In this document: positions 18,572 through 27,469 of the stretch, in pieces
Layout: every line of letters begins with the position of its first letter
How positions within the stretch are numbered: position 1 is the stretch's first letter
Assembly (NCBI GenBank): GCA_022561985.1
Contig: JADFQE010000003.1
Coordinates: forward strand, 1 to 58,876
Reading direction: 5' to 3'
Length of the DNA stretch: 58,876 bases
Origin: Chloroflexota bacterium
Lineage (GTDB): Bacteria; Chloroflexota; Dehalococcoidia; Lucifugimonadales; Australimonadaceae
Notes under the pieces: generated by a model
What the model was told of the DNA's origin: nothing
What the model saw: the letters and a program-made list of their open reading frames with translations, nothing else
Database searches by the model: none
Made by a program: the position numbers and the translations under genes

Positions 18572-19342
18572 CTACTCTTCTTCTTTCCAGAAGCGCTCTT
18601 CGATGAAGTTCCAGCCCTTCGGCTTCAGCCGGGCTTGGACGTCCTCGATCATGCCGGGGTTGCCGCAGAGGTAGACGACCGTGTCGTCCTTGGGCAAGCT
18701 CCACTTGGCCAGGTACTCCTCGACCAGCGTGTTGACGCGCCCGGTGGGACCGGCCCAGCTCCGGTTGCGCTCGGCGTTCGGACGGCTGACCGTCGTCACG
18801 TAGGTGACCGTGTCGGGGTGCTCGGCGGCGAGGCGCTCGAGCTCCGTGTCGTACACGAACTCGTCCTGGTGGCTGGCGCCCTCCATCACGAAGAACCGGT
18901 GGCCGCGGACGCCGTCCCGCTCGCTCTGGCGCAGGATGCTCACGAAGGGCGCGACCCCCGTGACCGTCCCCACCATCACGTGGTTGTGGTACTCGGACTG
19001 GAAGGTGAAGATGCCCTTCGCCTTGGGCCTCATCGACACCGACTCCCCCACGTGCATCTCCCACAGGAGGGGGGTCAGCTTCCCCCCGTACTCCGGCAGC
19101 ACGTACTCGACGAAGAGCTCGATGAGCTTCTCGTAGGGGGCCGAGGCGATCGAATAGGGCCGCTCGATGCCGCCCGTGCCGATGGTGATGTACTGGCCCG
19201 CCTTGAACGGGAACGGCACCTCCGGCCGGAGCCACATCAAGAACAGGTCCTCGCTGACCTCCTGCTTCTTGGCGACCCACGCCTTCGGCAGCTTGGCGAG
19301 GCGCTCCAACAGACGCGCCTGGCGCTCCGGATCGGTGGTCAT
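18572..19342 (-). CDS. ferredoxin-NADP reductase-family flavoprotein (FAD/NAD(P)-binding)
   Basis: RPYSIAS FAD motif, GTVTGVAPF NAD(P) motif and YLCGNPGM. The ATG overlaps the upstream stop (ATGA), with GGAGGA upstream. Confidence 0.8.
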   Translation of the reverse strand: MTTDPERQARLLERLAKLPKAWVAKKQEVSEDLFLMWLRPEVPFPFKAGQYITIGTGGIERPYSIASAPYEKLIELFVEYVLPEYGGKLTPLLWEMHVGESVSMRPKAKGIFTFQSEYHNHVMVGTVTGVAPFVSILRQSERDGVRGHRFFVMEGASHQDEFVYDTELERLAAEHPDTVTYVTTVSRPNAERNRSWAGPTGRVNTLVEEYLAKWSLPKDDTVVYLCGNPGMIEDVQARLKPKGWNFIEERFWKEEE

Positions 19343-22218
19343 TCGCCTTCCTCCTGATCGGGCTGGTCGGGCTCCTCGGGCTCCTCGGCTTCGATGCGCA
19401 CCGGCTGCGCGTTCAGCCGCGGTATGTGGTTCGTCGGGTCCGGGTGCTCCGAGGAGTCGACGGCGATCGCGAGCTCCCCGAAGAGCGTCGTGAGCGAGAC
19501 GACGCCGGGGAGCGCATCGTCGGAGACGCGCACGACCCCGCGCCTCGACGTGCCGTCCGCTGCCGCCGCGACCGCGCGCTGGCCGTCGGCGAGGCCGAGG
19601 TGCTCGGCGTCGGCGGCGCTCAGCACGAGCTCCTCGTCGCGCTCGATGCGGTTGCGGCCGCCGCTCGCCGCCACCTTCGCCGGCCGGCCCGGCTGCGCGA
19701 GCACGCGCCCGTGGGCGAGCAGCAGCGGGAAGCGCTCGTCGTCGTGCGCCGGGCGGGCGCGCCACGTGAGCACACCGAGGTGCGCCTTGGCATCGCGGAA
19801 CCCGTTCGCGTACAGGTCGGGCGTGCCGGGATCGGACCCCGACGCGCACGGCCACTGGATGCCGGTCCGCACCTCGCCGGAGTACATCACCTGGGTCGGC
19901 TGCGGGTTGTCGTTCGAGGGCTTCGGCACGCTGATGACCTGGACGCGGAGGCGCTCGGCGGAGATGCCGGCGTAGAGGGGAACCGCCTGCGCGATCTCAT
20001 CGAGCACCTGGTCCGGACCCTCGTACTCGAAGCCCGCCACGCCCATGCGCTCGGCGAGCGCGCAGAGCGTGTCGAGGTCGGAGCGCGCACGCACGCTCTT
20101 GTTCGTGAGCACGTGGCTCAGGAGCTGCACGCGCCGCTCGATGTTCGTGAAGGTGCCTGTCTTCTCCGCCCACTGGGACGCGGGCAGCACCACGTCCGCG
20201 TGGCGGGCGATGGGCGAGAGGAACCCATCGGTCACGACGAGGAAGCGCAGGCCATCGAGCGCCGCGGGAACGTCACCCAGGGTGCCGTCCTCGTAGTGGA
20301 CGTGGTCGCCCAGGAGCAGCATCGCGTCCAGGCCCCCGTTCCGGGCCGCGCTCAGCATCGCCCGGGCCCCCGCGCCCTTCGCCGCCGGGACCTCCGCGCC
20401 CCACAGCGCGCCGAGGCGGGCCCGCGCGTCGCCGTCGTCGATCGCGTCGTGCCCAGGCAGCGCGCCCGGCCACACGCCCATGTCCCAGGCGCCCTGGTCG
20501 TTGGCCCCGTGGAAGAGCGGGAAGATGCCCGCGCCGGGGACGCCGACGTTGCCCGTGAGCAGCGCCAGGTTGGCAACCGCGCGGGAGGCGGAGCGCCGCG
20601 TCCCGCCGGGCGAGCTGTCGAGGCCGTAGATGATCGCGGACGGGCCGCCGGTGGCATAGAGCCGGGCGGCCTCCTCGATGCGCTCGGACGCCACGCCGGT
20701 CTCGCGGGCGACCGCTGCCATCGTGAAGGGCGCGAGCGACTCCATGAGCTCGGCCCAGCCGTCGCAGCGCTCGTCGGCGAAACCGTGGTTCACGAGCCCC
20801 CCGTCCACGATCGCGCGCAGCATCCCGCCGAGCAGCGTCCCCTCCGTCCCCGGATGCGGCCGCAGCCAGAGGTGCGCGAAGCGCGTGAGCTCGACCTCCC
20901 GGTGGTCGATCACGATGAGCTTCTGCGTGCCCTCGCGGACGGCGCGCTTGATCGGGAGCGCGAGTATGTTCTGCTCCTCCGTGACGTTCGCGGCGACGGC
21001 AAGCACCACGGACGAGCGCTGCAGATCCCAGACGCTCATGCTCCCGGCGGAGTAGCCGAGCACGTCGCGCAGACCCTCCACCATGCCGGGCCGGTCGTTG
21101 GAGGCCACGTCCACGTTGTTCGAGCCCATCACGACCCGCGCGAACTTCTGGGCCGTATAGAGCTCCTCGTTCGTGTTGCGGGGGCCGGCGATGAGGCCGA
21201 AGCGCCCGCCCCGGTAGGGCGCGAGGCCTTCCGCCGCGGCCGCAAGCGCCTCCTCCCACGTCGCTTGGACAAGCTCCCCGTCGCGGCGGACCAGCGGGTG
21301 CTTGAGCCGGGACTTGTGGTTCACGTAGTCGAACCCGAACTTGCCCTTGAAGCAGGCCTGGCCCTGGTTCACCGGCGAGTTGAGCTCGGGGATGGCGCGG
21401 ACGACCCGCTCCCAGCCGTTGACCTCGTAGGTCATCGTGCAGCCCACGGGGCACTCGGCGCAGATCGACTGCTCTGTCCGCGCGGCCCGCTCCCACTTGT
21501 AGTCGCTCTCCGTGAGCGCGCCGACCGGGCACACGTCGATGCAGGCGCCGCAGAACTCGCACCCCGCCTCCAGGAGCGAGTCTCCCATGACCGTGCCCAC
21601 GAGCACCTGGCCCGCGCGCTCGGTCAGCGTGAGCGCGACGTCGCCGCGCAGCTCGTCACAGGCCCGCGTGCACCGCGCGCACACGATGCACAGGTTGTAG
21701 TCGCGGTCGTAGAAGGGGTCCTTCGTCTCGACCTGGAGCTCCCGGTACTGATAGGTCAGCGGCGAGGTCATCCCCTGGGGGTGGAACCGCGTCGTGTCCT
21801 TGAGCTCGCACCGCTCGTTCTTCGGGCACGTCACGCACCGGTCGGTGACGTCGACGTGGCGCAGGCAGATGTCCTGCGGGCCGCACAGGTCGACGCGGTG
21901 GCACGTGAGGCAGCCGTGGGGGTGCTCGGACAGCAGCAGGTCGAGGGTGGCGTCGCGCACGGCCACCGGCTTCTCGGCGTTCGTGTGCACGACCATGCCG
22001 TCGGCAACGGGCAGCGTGCACGATGCGAGGGTCGCCGTGCCGCGCGGGCCCTCGACGTCCACGACGCACATGCGGCAGGCGCCGTAGGGCTTCATGCCGG
22101 GGTGGTAGCAGAGATAGGGGATGTAGATGCCGGCGGCGTTGGCGGCTTCGAGCACCATCTGGTCCGCCGTCGCCCGCACCTCGCGGCCATCGATCGTGAT
22201 ACTCAGCTCATCAGGCAT
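19339..22218 (-). CDS. formate dehydrogenase alpha / NuoG-like molybdopterin oxidoreductase with an N-terminal 2Fe-2S and 4Fe-4S ferredoxin module
   Basis: ITIDGREV...YLCYHP...GACRMC, several Cys clusters, CAECPVGC and GQACFKGKFGFDYV. 959 aa with an acidic C-terminus. Confidence 0.8.
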   Translation of the reverse strand: MPDELSITIDGREVRATADQMVLEAANAAGIYIPYLCYHPGMKPYGACRMCVVDVEGPRGTATLASCTLPVADGMVVHTNAEKPVAVRDATLDLLLSEHPHGCLTCHRVDLCGPQDICLRHVDVTDRCVTCPKNERCELKDTTRFHPQGMTSPLTYQYRELQVETKDPFYDRDYNLCIVCARCTRACDELRGDVALTLTERAGQVLVGTVMGDSLLEAGCEFCGACIDVCPVGALTESDYKWERAARTEQSICAECPVGCTMTYEVNGWERVVRAIPELNSPVNQGQACFKGKFGFDYVNHKSRLKHPLVRRDGELVQATWEEALAAAAEGLAPYRGGRFGLIAGPRNTNEELYTAQKFARVVMGSNNVDVASNDRPGMVEGLRDVLGYSAGSMSVWDLQRSSVVLAVAANVTEEQNILALPIKRAVREGTQKLIVIDHREVELTRFAHLWLRPHPGTEGTLLGGMLRAIVDGGLVNHGFADERCDGWAELMESLAPFTMAAVARETGVASERIEEAARLYATGGPSAIIYGLDSSPGGTRRSASRAVANLALLTGNVGVPGAGIFPLFHGANDQGAWDMGVWPGALPGHDAIDDGDARARLGALWGAEVPAAKGAGARAMLSAARNGGLDAMLLLGDHVHYEDGTLGDVPAALDGLRFLVVTDGFLSPIARHADVVLPASQWAEKTGTFTNIERRVQLLSHVLTNKSVRARSDLDTLCALAERMGVAGFEYEGPDQVLDEIAQAVPLYAGISAERLRVQVISVPKPSNDNPQPTQVMYSGEVRTGIQWPCASGSDPGTPDLYANGFRDAKAHLGVLTWRARPAHDDERFPLLLAHGRVLAQPGRPAKVAASGGRNRIERDEELVLSAADAEHLGLADGQRAVAAAADGTSRRGVVRVSDDALPGVVSLTTLFGELAIAVDSSEHPDPTNHIPRLNAQPVRIEAEEPEEPDQPDQEEGE

Positions 22219-24007
22219 GCGGTGTGGCCTCCACTCCGGTGCCCACCGGCTCGCGGCTCGCGACGAAGTCCGCGTTCACGATGGCCGTGGGTGTTTCGCC
22301 ATCGAGCTGCGCGCCGCGCAGCGGGGCCCGTGGGCTCACGAGCGTGCCGAGGTCGCGCGCGGTTTCCCGGCTGCACTGGGCGGCGAACTCCTCGCCGAAG
22401 AACCGCACGGCCGAGGCGACCGGGTTGTAGCCGAGCTGACCGTGGCCGCAGAGCGAGCCCACCTTCATGTTCGCGCCGATACGCTCCATCAGCGCCAGGT
22501 CCTCCGGACGGCCCTCCCCGGCGCAGAGCCGGTCCAAGACTTCGAGCAGGTGGCTCGTCCCCAGCCGGCACGGGAAGCACTTGCCGCAGGACTCAAGCTG
22601 GTCGAAGGCGAGCAGGGTGCGGGTGAGGTCGACCACCGAGCGGTCCTCGTTGCAGACGATCAGTCCGCCCGATCCGAACATCGCTCCGGCCTCCGCCATC
22701 ACGTCGAGGTCGAGCACGATGTCGAGCTGGTCGACCGGCAGCACGCCGCCGAGGGGACCGCCCGTCTGGACGAACTTCAGCCGCTTCCCGGCCGGGTCTC
22801 CGCCGCCGCACTCCTCGACCACCTGGCGCATGGTCAGGCCGAAGGGCACCTCCACGAGCCCCGGATAGGCGATGTCGCCGGAGAGACACGCGATGGCCGT
22901 GCCGGGACTCTTCTCGGTACCGATGCTCCTGAACCACTCGGCGCCCCGGCGCACGATCTCCGGGACATAGGCCAACGTCTTGATGTTGTTGATGTTGGAC
23001 GGCTTGCCCCAGACGCCGAAGGCCGCGGGGAAGGGCGGGCGGAAGCGCGGCATCGACCGCTTCCCCTCGATCGCCTCCATCAGCGCCGTCTCCTCGCCGG
23101 CGACGTAGGAATCGCCGACCAGAGAGATGTCCATGTCGAAGGAGAAGTCGCTGCCCAGGATGTGTGGGCCCAGGAGGCCGTTGTCGTAGCACGCCGCGAT
23201 GGCGGCGCGCGTGCGCTCGATGGGGGAATCGTGGCCGTGGCGGATGAAGACGATGCCGTTGGACGCGCCGGTGGCGAACCCCGCGATGATGCATCCCTCG
23301 ACGAGGGTGAAGGGGTCGGCCTCGAGGATCGTCTTGTCGTTGAAGGCGCCGGGGTCGCCCTCCTCGGCGTTGCACAGGATGTACTTCTCGGGAGCCGGGT
23401 TGCCCGCGAGGAACCCCCACTTCACGCCGGTGGGGAAGGCGGCGCCACCGCGGCCCCGGAGCCCGGAGTCCTTGACCTCCTGAAGCACGCGCTCCGGGTC
23501 CAGCTCGGAGACGGCGCGGTCCAACCCCGCGAAGCCACCGCGCGCGACGTACTGGTCGATGTCGGCCGGGTCGATCTCGCCCGCGTTGCGCAGGGCGATC
23601 CGCTGCTGGAGGCGCATCATCGGGAGGTCCTCGCGCCGCGGCAGTCCGGGGTGGTCGGAGTCGACGGTGGCAAGCGCCAGCTCGACCACGGGGAAGCCGT
23701 TCTTGATGTGCCGCTCCACGATCTCCGGGATGTGCTCGGGGCCAACGTTGGCATAGAGCACGCGCGGCGTGGCCGGCACGTAGACGTCGACGAGCGGCTC
23801 GGCGAAGCACAGCCCGGTGGAGCCGACCTCCGAGACGGTGGCGTCGATCCCGGCCTGAGCGAGGTCGTGCCGGAGCGCGCCGAGCGTGTCGCGCGCGCCG
23901 GCAGCCATGCCGAGCAGCCCGGTGCTCACGCGGATCCAGGGCTTGCGGTGGAGGTCGGTCCACCGCCTGTTCCCGCGGATCTTGAGCGCATCGAACGCCT
24001 CACTCAT
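22211..24007 (-). CDS. NuoF/HoxF-like NAD(H)-binding FMN iron-sulfur subunit
   Basis: GLRGRGGAAFPTGVKW and ESCGKCFPCRLG motifs, with an N-terminal thioredoxin-like extension. It overlaps both neighbours by 8 nt. Confidence 0.85.
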   Translation of the reverse strand: MSEAFDALKIRGNRRWTDLHRKPWIRVSTGLLGMAAGARDTLGALRHDLAQAGIDATVSEVGSTGLCFAEPLVDVYVPATPRVLYANVGPEHIPEIVERHIKNGFPVVELALATVDSDHPGLPRREDLPMMRLQQRIALRNAGEIDPADIDQYVARGGFAGLDRAVSELDPERVLQEVKDSGLRGRGGAAFPTGVKWGFLAGNPAPEKYILCNAEEGDPGAFNDKTILEADPFTLVEGCIIAGFATGASNGIVFIRHGHDSPIERTRAAIAACYDNGLLGPHILGSDFSFDMDISLVGDSYVAGEETALMEAIEGKRSMPRFRPPFPAAFGVWGKPSNINNIKTLAYVPEIVRRGAEWFRSIGTEKSPGTAIACLSGDIAYPGLVEVPFGLTMRQVVEECGGGDPAGKRLKFVQTGGPLGGVLPVDQLDIVLDLDVMAEAGAMFGSGGLIVCNEDRSVVDLTRTLLAFDQLESCGKCFPCRLGTSHLLEVLDRLCAGEGRPEDLALMERIGANMKVGSLCGHGQLGYNPVASAVRFFGEEFAAQCSRETARDLGTLVSPRAPLRGAQLDGETPTAIVNADFVASREPVGTGVEATPHA

Positions 24008-24740
24008 CGGAGTCCGTCCCGTCGGCGTCAGGCTCCGCGCCGGCTTCGCCATCCGCGTCAGCGTCCGGGCTCTCGGCGTCGTCAGGCTCAGCGCCGGCCT
24101 CGGCTCCCGCGTCAGCATCTGCATCCGCGTCCGCCTCGGCGGCGGCTTCGGCTTCGGCTGCCGCCTCGGCTGCCACCAGAGCGGCAGCCGCCACGCGCGC
24201 GTCCCGCTCGGCCTTCACGCGCTCGGTCTCCGCTTCGAGGACCGCGCTCCTGCCCTCCTCGACGTCGCTGGCGAGCAGCAGGTCGATGTGGCGGACCGCC
24301 GTCTCACGCGTCGCCCGCCCGACGATCTCGTGGTCGAAGCTCGTGGCCGGGCCGTGGGGGCAGACGCCCAGGCAGGTGTTCAGCCGCAGCGTGAAGGTCC
24401 CATCGGGCGTGTCGCCCTCCCCATCGAGCCCGAGGCGCTCCATGACGCCACGGAGCAGCGGCTGCGCGCCGAGGATGTGGCACGCCGGTCCCCAGCAGAC
24501 CTCGACGGTGTGGCGGGCGGGGGGCGTGAAGCGGAAGTTGGGGTAGAAGGACGCGACGCCCCAGACCTCGTTGGTGCTGGCGCTCGTGCGCTGGGCTGTC
24601 TCGTCGATGGCCTCGGGCGGCAGGTAGCCGAGCTTGTCCTGCGCGGCGAGCAGCGACGAGAGGACCGTAACCACTCGCGCCGACTGGTCGGCGATGGCCT
24701 GACGGGCCTCCTCGCGCAAGCCCGTGGGAGTGGCCGTCAT
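24000..24740 (-). CDS. NuoE-like 2Fe-2S subunit with an acidic low-complexity tail
   Basis: The core contains VCWGPACH...CLGVCPHGP. The last 60 or so aa are Ala/Glu/Asp repeats. Confidence 0.8.
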   Translation of the reverse strand: MTATPTGLREEARQAIADQSARVVTVLSSLLAAQDKLGYLPPEAIDETAQRTSASTNEVWGVASFYPNFRFTPPARHTVEVCWGPACHILGAQPLLRGVMERLGLDGEGDTPDGTFTLRLNTCLGVCPHGPATSFDHEIVGRATRETAVRHIDLLLASDVEEGRSAVLEAETERVKAERDARVAAAALVAAEAAAEAEAAAEADADADADAGAEAGAEPDDAESPDADADGEAGAEPDADGTDSDE

Positions 24741-24896
24741 CGCGTTCTCACCGTTCGTGAATTTCGGAACGAATGCCTCTCCGCATGGTAGCACGGCGCT
24801 CGTGAGGCTCACAAGGCGACGGCCAGGGGGCCGTAGGGGCCGCGATTCATCGCGCCTTCGTCGTTCCGTAGCGCGCGCCCCCTGTCGCCCGGACGA

Positions 24897-24919
24897 GGGC
24901 GCACGCCGTGCGCCCCTAC
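24897..24919 (-). repeat. REP element (opposite orientation)
   Basis: GGGCGCAC-GCC-GTGCGCCC-CTAC. The CTA at 24916-24918 is the TAG stop of the minus-strand lipoprotein gene. Confidence 0.75.
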
Positions 24920-25803
24920 GGAGTACCGGGCGGCACGTAGAGGACCGTGAGCACCGGGCGTACCGTCTCGTCGGTGTGCTCCCTGCTGTTGAAGCGCTTG
25001 ACCCCACGGTCCGTCACCTCGTCGCCCACGATCGCCCACCCGTAGTTGGACCCCGGGTCGTCGAGCCATGCCTGGACGTCCGCCGCCATCGCGTCCGTCG
25101 GTCCCCAGGTGTACGGCCCGAGCCGGAACACCTCGGTGGCGGCACTCGCGTCGGGCGCGAAGTCTCCGCCGGGCGTGGCCCAGAGCTGATCGTCGAAGGT
25201 GCGGTGCACCCACGTCGCGTCGCCGGGGACCACCTCCAGTCCGCTCCCCTCGTTGCCGGGTGCGTCCGTCGCCCCCTCGGCCCAGGACGAAGAAGTCCGG
25301 TGCAGCATGACGACGTTCACGAAGAGCGGCAGACCCGAGCGCGACATCGTGAGGGTCAGATCCGCGCTCACGACGGTGGCGCCCGCCGGGACGGCGCCCG
25401 CGACGTCGAAGGCGATGAGCGAGCGGCGGGCCTGCGGCTGGCCGGTGAGCCCCGCGAAGAGGTACTCGCCGGCCCCGTTGGCGAGCGCGCTGCCGGGGGA
25501 GTCGTAGAGCGTCACGTCCTGGGACGCCACCAAGCTCACGCTCACGGCGCCCTCCGGCGGCGCGACCGTCAGCCCCGCCTGCGGCGTGGCCGTGGCCGTC
25601 GGGGACGGGGTCGGGGTGGGCTCGGGCGTCGGCGTCGCGGTCGGCGTCGCGGTCGCCGTCGGCGTGGGCTCGAGCGTCGGCATCGCGGTCGCCGCCGGCG
25701 TGGGCGTGGGCTCGGGCGTCGGCGTCGGGTCAGCCGAGCAGGCCGCGAGCGTGACGACGGCGCCGAGGACGGCGATCCAGCCGAGGTAGCGTGGGTATCT
25801 CAT
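24916..25803 (-). CDS. secreted lipoprotein with a Pro/Thr linker and a DNRLRE-like domain
   Basis: Lipobox LAAC and a linker of about 55 aa rich in PT. The pattern RRSLIAFDV..VPAGATVVSADLTL ... SSWAEG ... ATW resembles DNRLRE domains (recalled from memory). Confidence 0.6.
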   Translation of the reverse strand: MRYPRYLGWIAVLGAVVTLAACSADPTPTPEPTPTPAATAMPTLEPTPTATATPTATPTPEPTPTPSPTATATPQAGLTVAPPEGAVSVSLVASQDVTLYDSPGSALANGAGEYLFAGLTGQPQARRSLIAFDVAGAVPAGATVVSADLTLTMSRSGLPLFVNVVMLHRTSSSWAEGATDAPGNEGSGLEVVPGDATWVHRTFDDQLWATPGGDFAPDASAATEVFRLGPYTWGPTDAMAADVQAWLDDPGSNYGWAIVGDEVTDRGVKRFNSREHTDETVRPVLTVLYVPPGTP

Positions 25804-25883
25804 GCGCGTGCCCTCCAACATGACTACGCCGGAGTCGTGCCGGGGGGTTCACGGAGCTCTCTGCGGGGGGCGTGGGCCGCGCG

Positions 25884-27467
25884 TTAGGCGATGACGAGCC
25901 GCACGCGGGTCATGCCGGGGATCGCACGGATGTCGTCCACCACCGCGTCGCTCAGCTCGTCGTCGAACCCGACGATCATCGTCGCGTTGCCCCGCGGGCC
26001 GTCGCGGCCGACCTCCATGAAGCTGATGTTCGAATCGTGCGCGCCGGCGATGGTGCCGACCTTGCCGATCATGCCCGGCTGGTCGATCTGCGAGGTGAAC
26101 AGCATGTACGGCGCGTTCATCTCCATGTTCAGATGGAAGTCGTCGAGGCGCACGAGGCGCACGCGGCCGTTGACGGACGTCCCGTCCACGCGCACGAGGC
26201 CGGCGCTGGTGCGTATCTCGACGCCGACCAGGTTGGTGTACTCCCCGGCGCCCTCGCGGTCCTTCTCCTCGACCACCTTGAGGCCGCGCTCGCGCGCCAG
26301 CATCGTTGCGTTCACCAGGTTCACCCGCACGTCCGAGGCCGCCCCGAGCGCTCCCACAAGCACCGCGGAGCCGAGGATGGACGTGTCGTACTCGGCGATC
26401 TCGCCCGCGACCCGCACCGTGATGGACTCGAGCTGGCCGTCGGCGAGCTGGATGGCGAGCTTGGCCATCGCCGTCGCCACCGGGACGTACGGCGCCAGCG
26501 CCTCGCGGACGTCGGCCGGCAGGAACGGGACGTTCAGCGTGTACGGCGCGGACCCACCCGCGAGGATCGCCACCACCTGGTCGGCGACCTCGACCGCGAC
26601 CTCGACCTGCGCCTCCTCCGTCGAGGCGCCGAGGTGCGGCGTCACGACCACGTGCTCCTGATCGAGCAGCGCCAATTCGCCGGGCGGCTCCGAGGCGAAG
26701 ACATCGAGGGCCACGCCGCCGATCCTGCCACTGACCAGCCCGTCGCGCAGCAGCGCCTCGTCGATCAGACCGCCGCGCGCCGCATTCACGATGCGCACGC
26801 CGGGCTTGAGCGTTTCGAGCTGCTTCGCGTTGATGAGACCCTTGGTCCCGGCCGTGAGCGGCGTGTGCACGCTGATGAAGTCGGAGGAGGCCAGCAACCG
26901 GTCCATGTCCACCATCTCGACGCCGAGGCTGCGGGCGAACTCCTGCGGCACGTAGGGGTCAAAGGCGATGATGGTCATCTGGAACGCCTTCGCACGCCGC
27001 GCGAGCTCCGACCCCACCTTGCCCAGGCCCACGATGCCGAGGGTCTTGTTGCGCAGCTCCACGCCGGTGAACTTCGACCGCGTCCACTCGCCGCGCCGCA
27101 TGGACGCGTCGGCCTGCGGTATATTGCGCGCGAGGGCCATCATCAGCGCGAAGGCGTGCTCGGCCGCGGCGATGGTGTTCCCGGTGGGGGCGTTGACGAC
27201 GGCGATGCCCCGGGCCGTGGCGGCGTCGATGTCGATGTTGTCGACGCCGACGCCGGCGCGCCCGATGGCCTGGAGCCGGCCGGCCGCGGCGATGACCTCG
27301 GCCGTGACCTTGGTCTCCGAGCGCACGAGGAGCGCTTCGTAGTCGCCGACGATGGCCAGGAGGTCGGCGGGCGCGAGGCCGTGCTTCACGTCGACGTCGT
27401 GGCCGGCGCCGACGAGACGCTCCACGCCGGCCTGGTCGATGGGATCGGATACGAGGATGCGCGCCAT
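25884..27467 (-). CDS. serA: D-3-phosphoglycerate dehydrogenase
   Basis: MARILVSDPI..., GRAGVGVDNIDIDAATARGIAVVNAP, and a C-terminal ACT region. 527 aa. Confidence 0.9.
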   Translation of the reverse strand: MARILVSDPIDQAGVERLVGAGHDVDVKHGLAPADLLAIVGDYEALLVRSETKVTAEVIAAAGRLQAIGRAGVGVDNIDIDAATARGIAVVNAPTGNTIAAAEHAFALMMALARNIPQADASMRRGEWTRSKFTGVELRNKTLGIVGLGKVGSELARRAKAFQMTIIAFDPYVPQEFARSLGVEMVDMDRLLASSDFISVHTPLTAGTKGLINAKQLETLKPGVRIVNAARGGLIDEALLRDGLVSGRIGGVALDVFASEPPGELALLDQEHVVVTPHLGASTEEAQVEVAVEVADQVVAILAGGSAPYTLNVPFLPADVREALAPYVPVATAMAKLAIQLADGQLESITVRVAGEIAEYDTSILGSAVLVGALGAASDVRVNLVNATMLARERGLKVVEEKDREGAGEYTNLVGVEIRTSAGLVRVDGTSVNGRVRLVRLDDFHLNMEMNAPYMLFTSQIDQPGMIGKVGTIAGAHDSNISFMEVGRDGPRGNATMIVGFDDELSDAVVDDIRAIPGMTRVRLVIA

Positions 27468-27469
27468 GG

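Noticed and set aside
19339-22218. Selenocysteine in the formate-dehydrogenase-like large subunit.
   Set aside because: The 959-aa ORF is uninterrupted, with no in-frame TGA. The expected Cys/Sec position appears substituted rather than recoded.
24834-24880. GTAGGGGC... sequence that looks like the start of another REP copy, forming a doublet with 24897-24919.
   Set aside because: The second palindrome arm is not present. At best it is a degenerate remnant, so it is not reported as a feature.
25560-25745. Periodic GC-rich DNA that could be mistaken for a CRISPR-like or tandem array.
   Set aside because: It is the coding sequence of the Pro/Thr linker of the lipoprotein. There is no repeat-spacer architecture.
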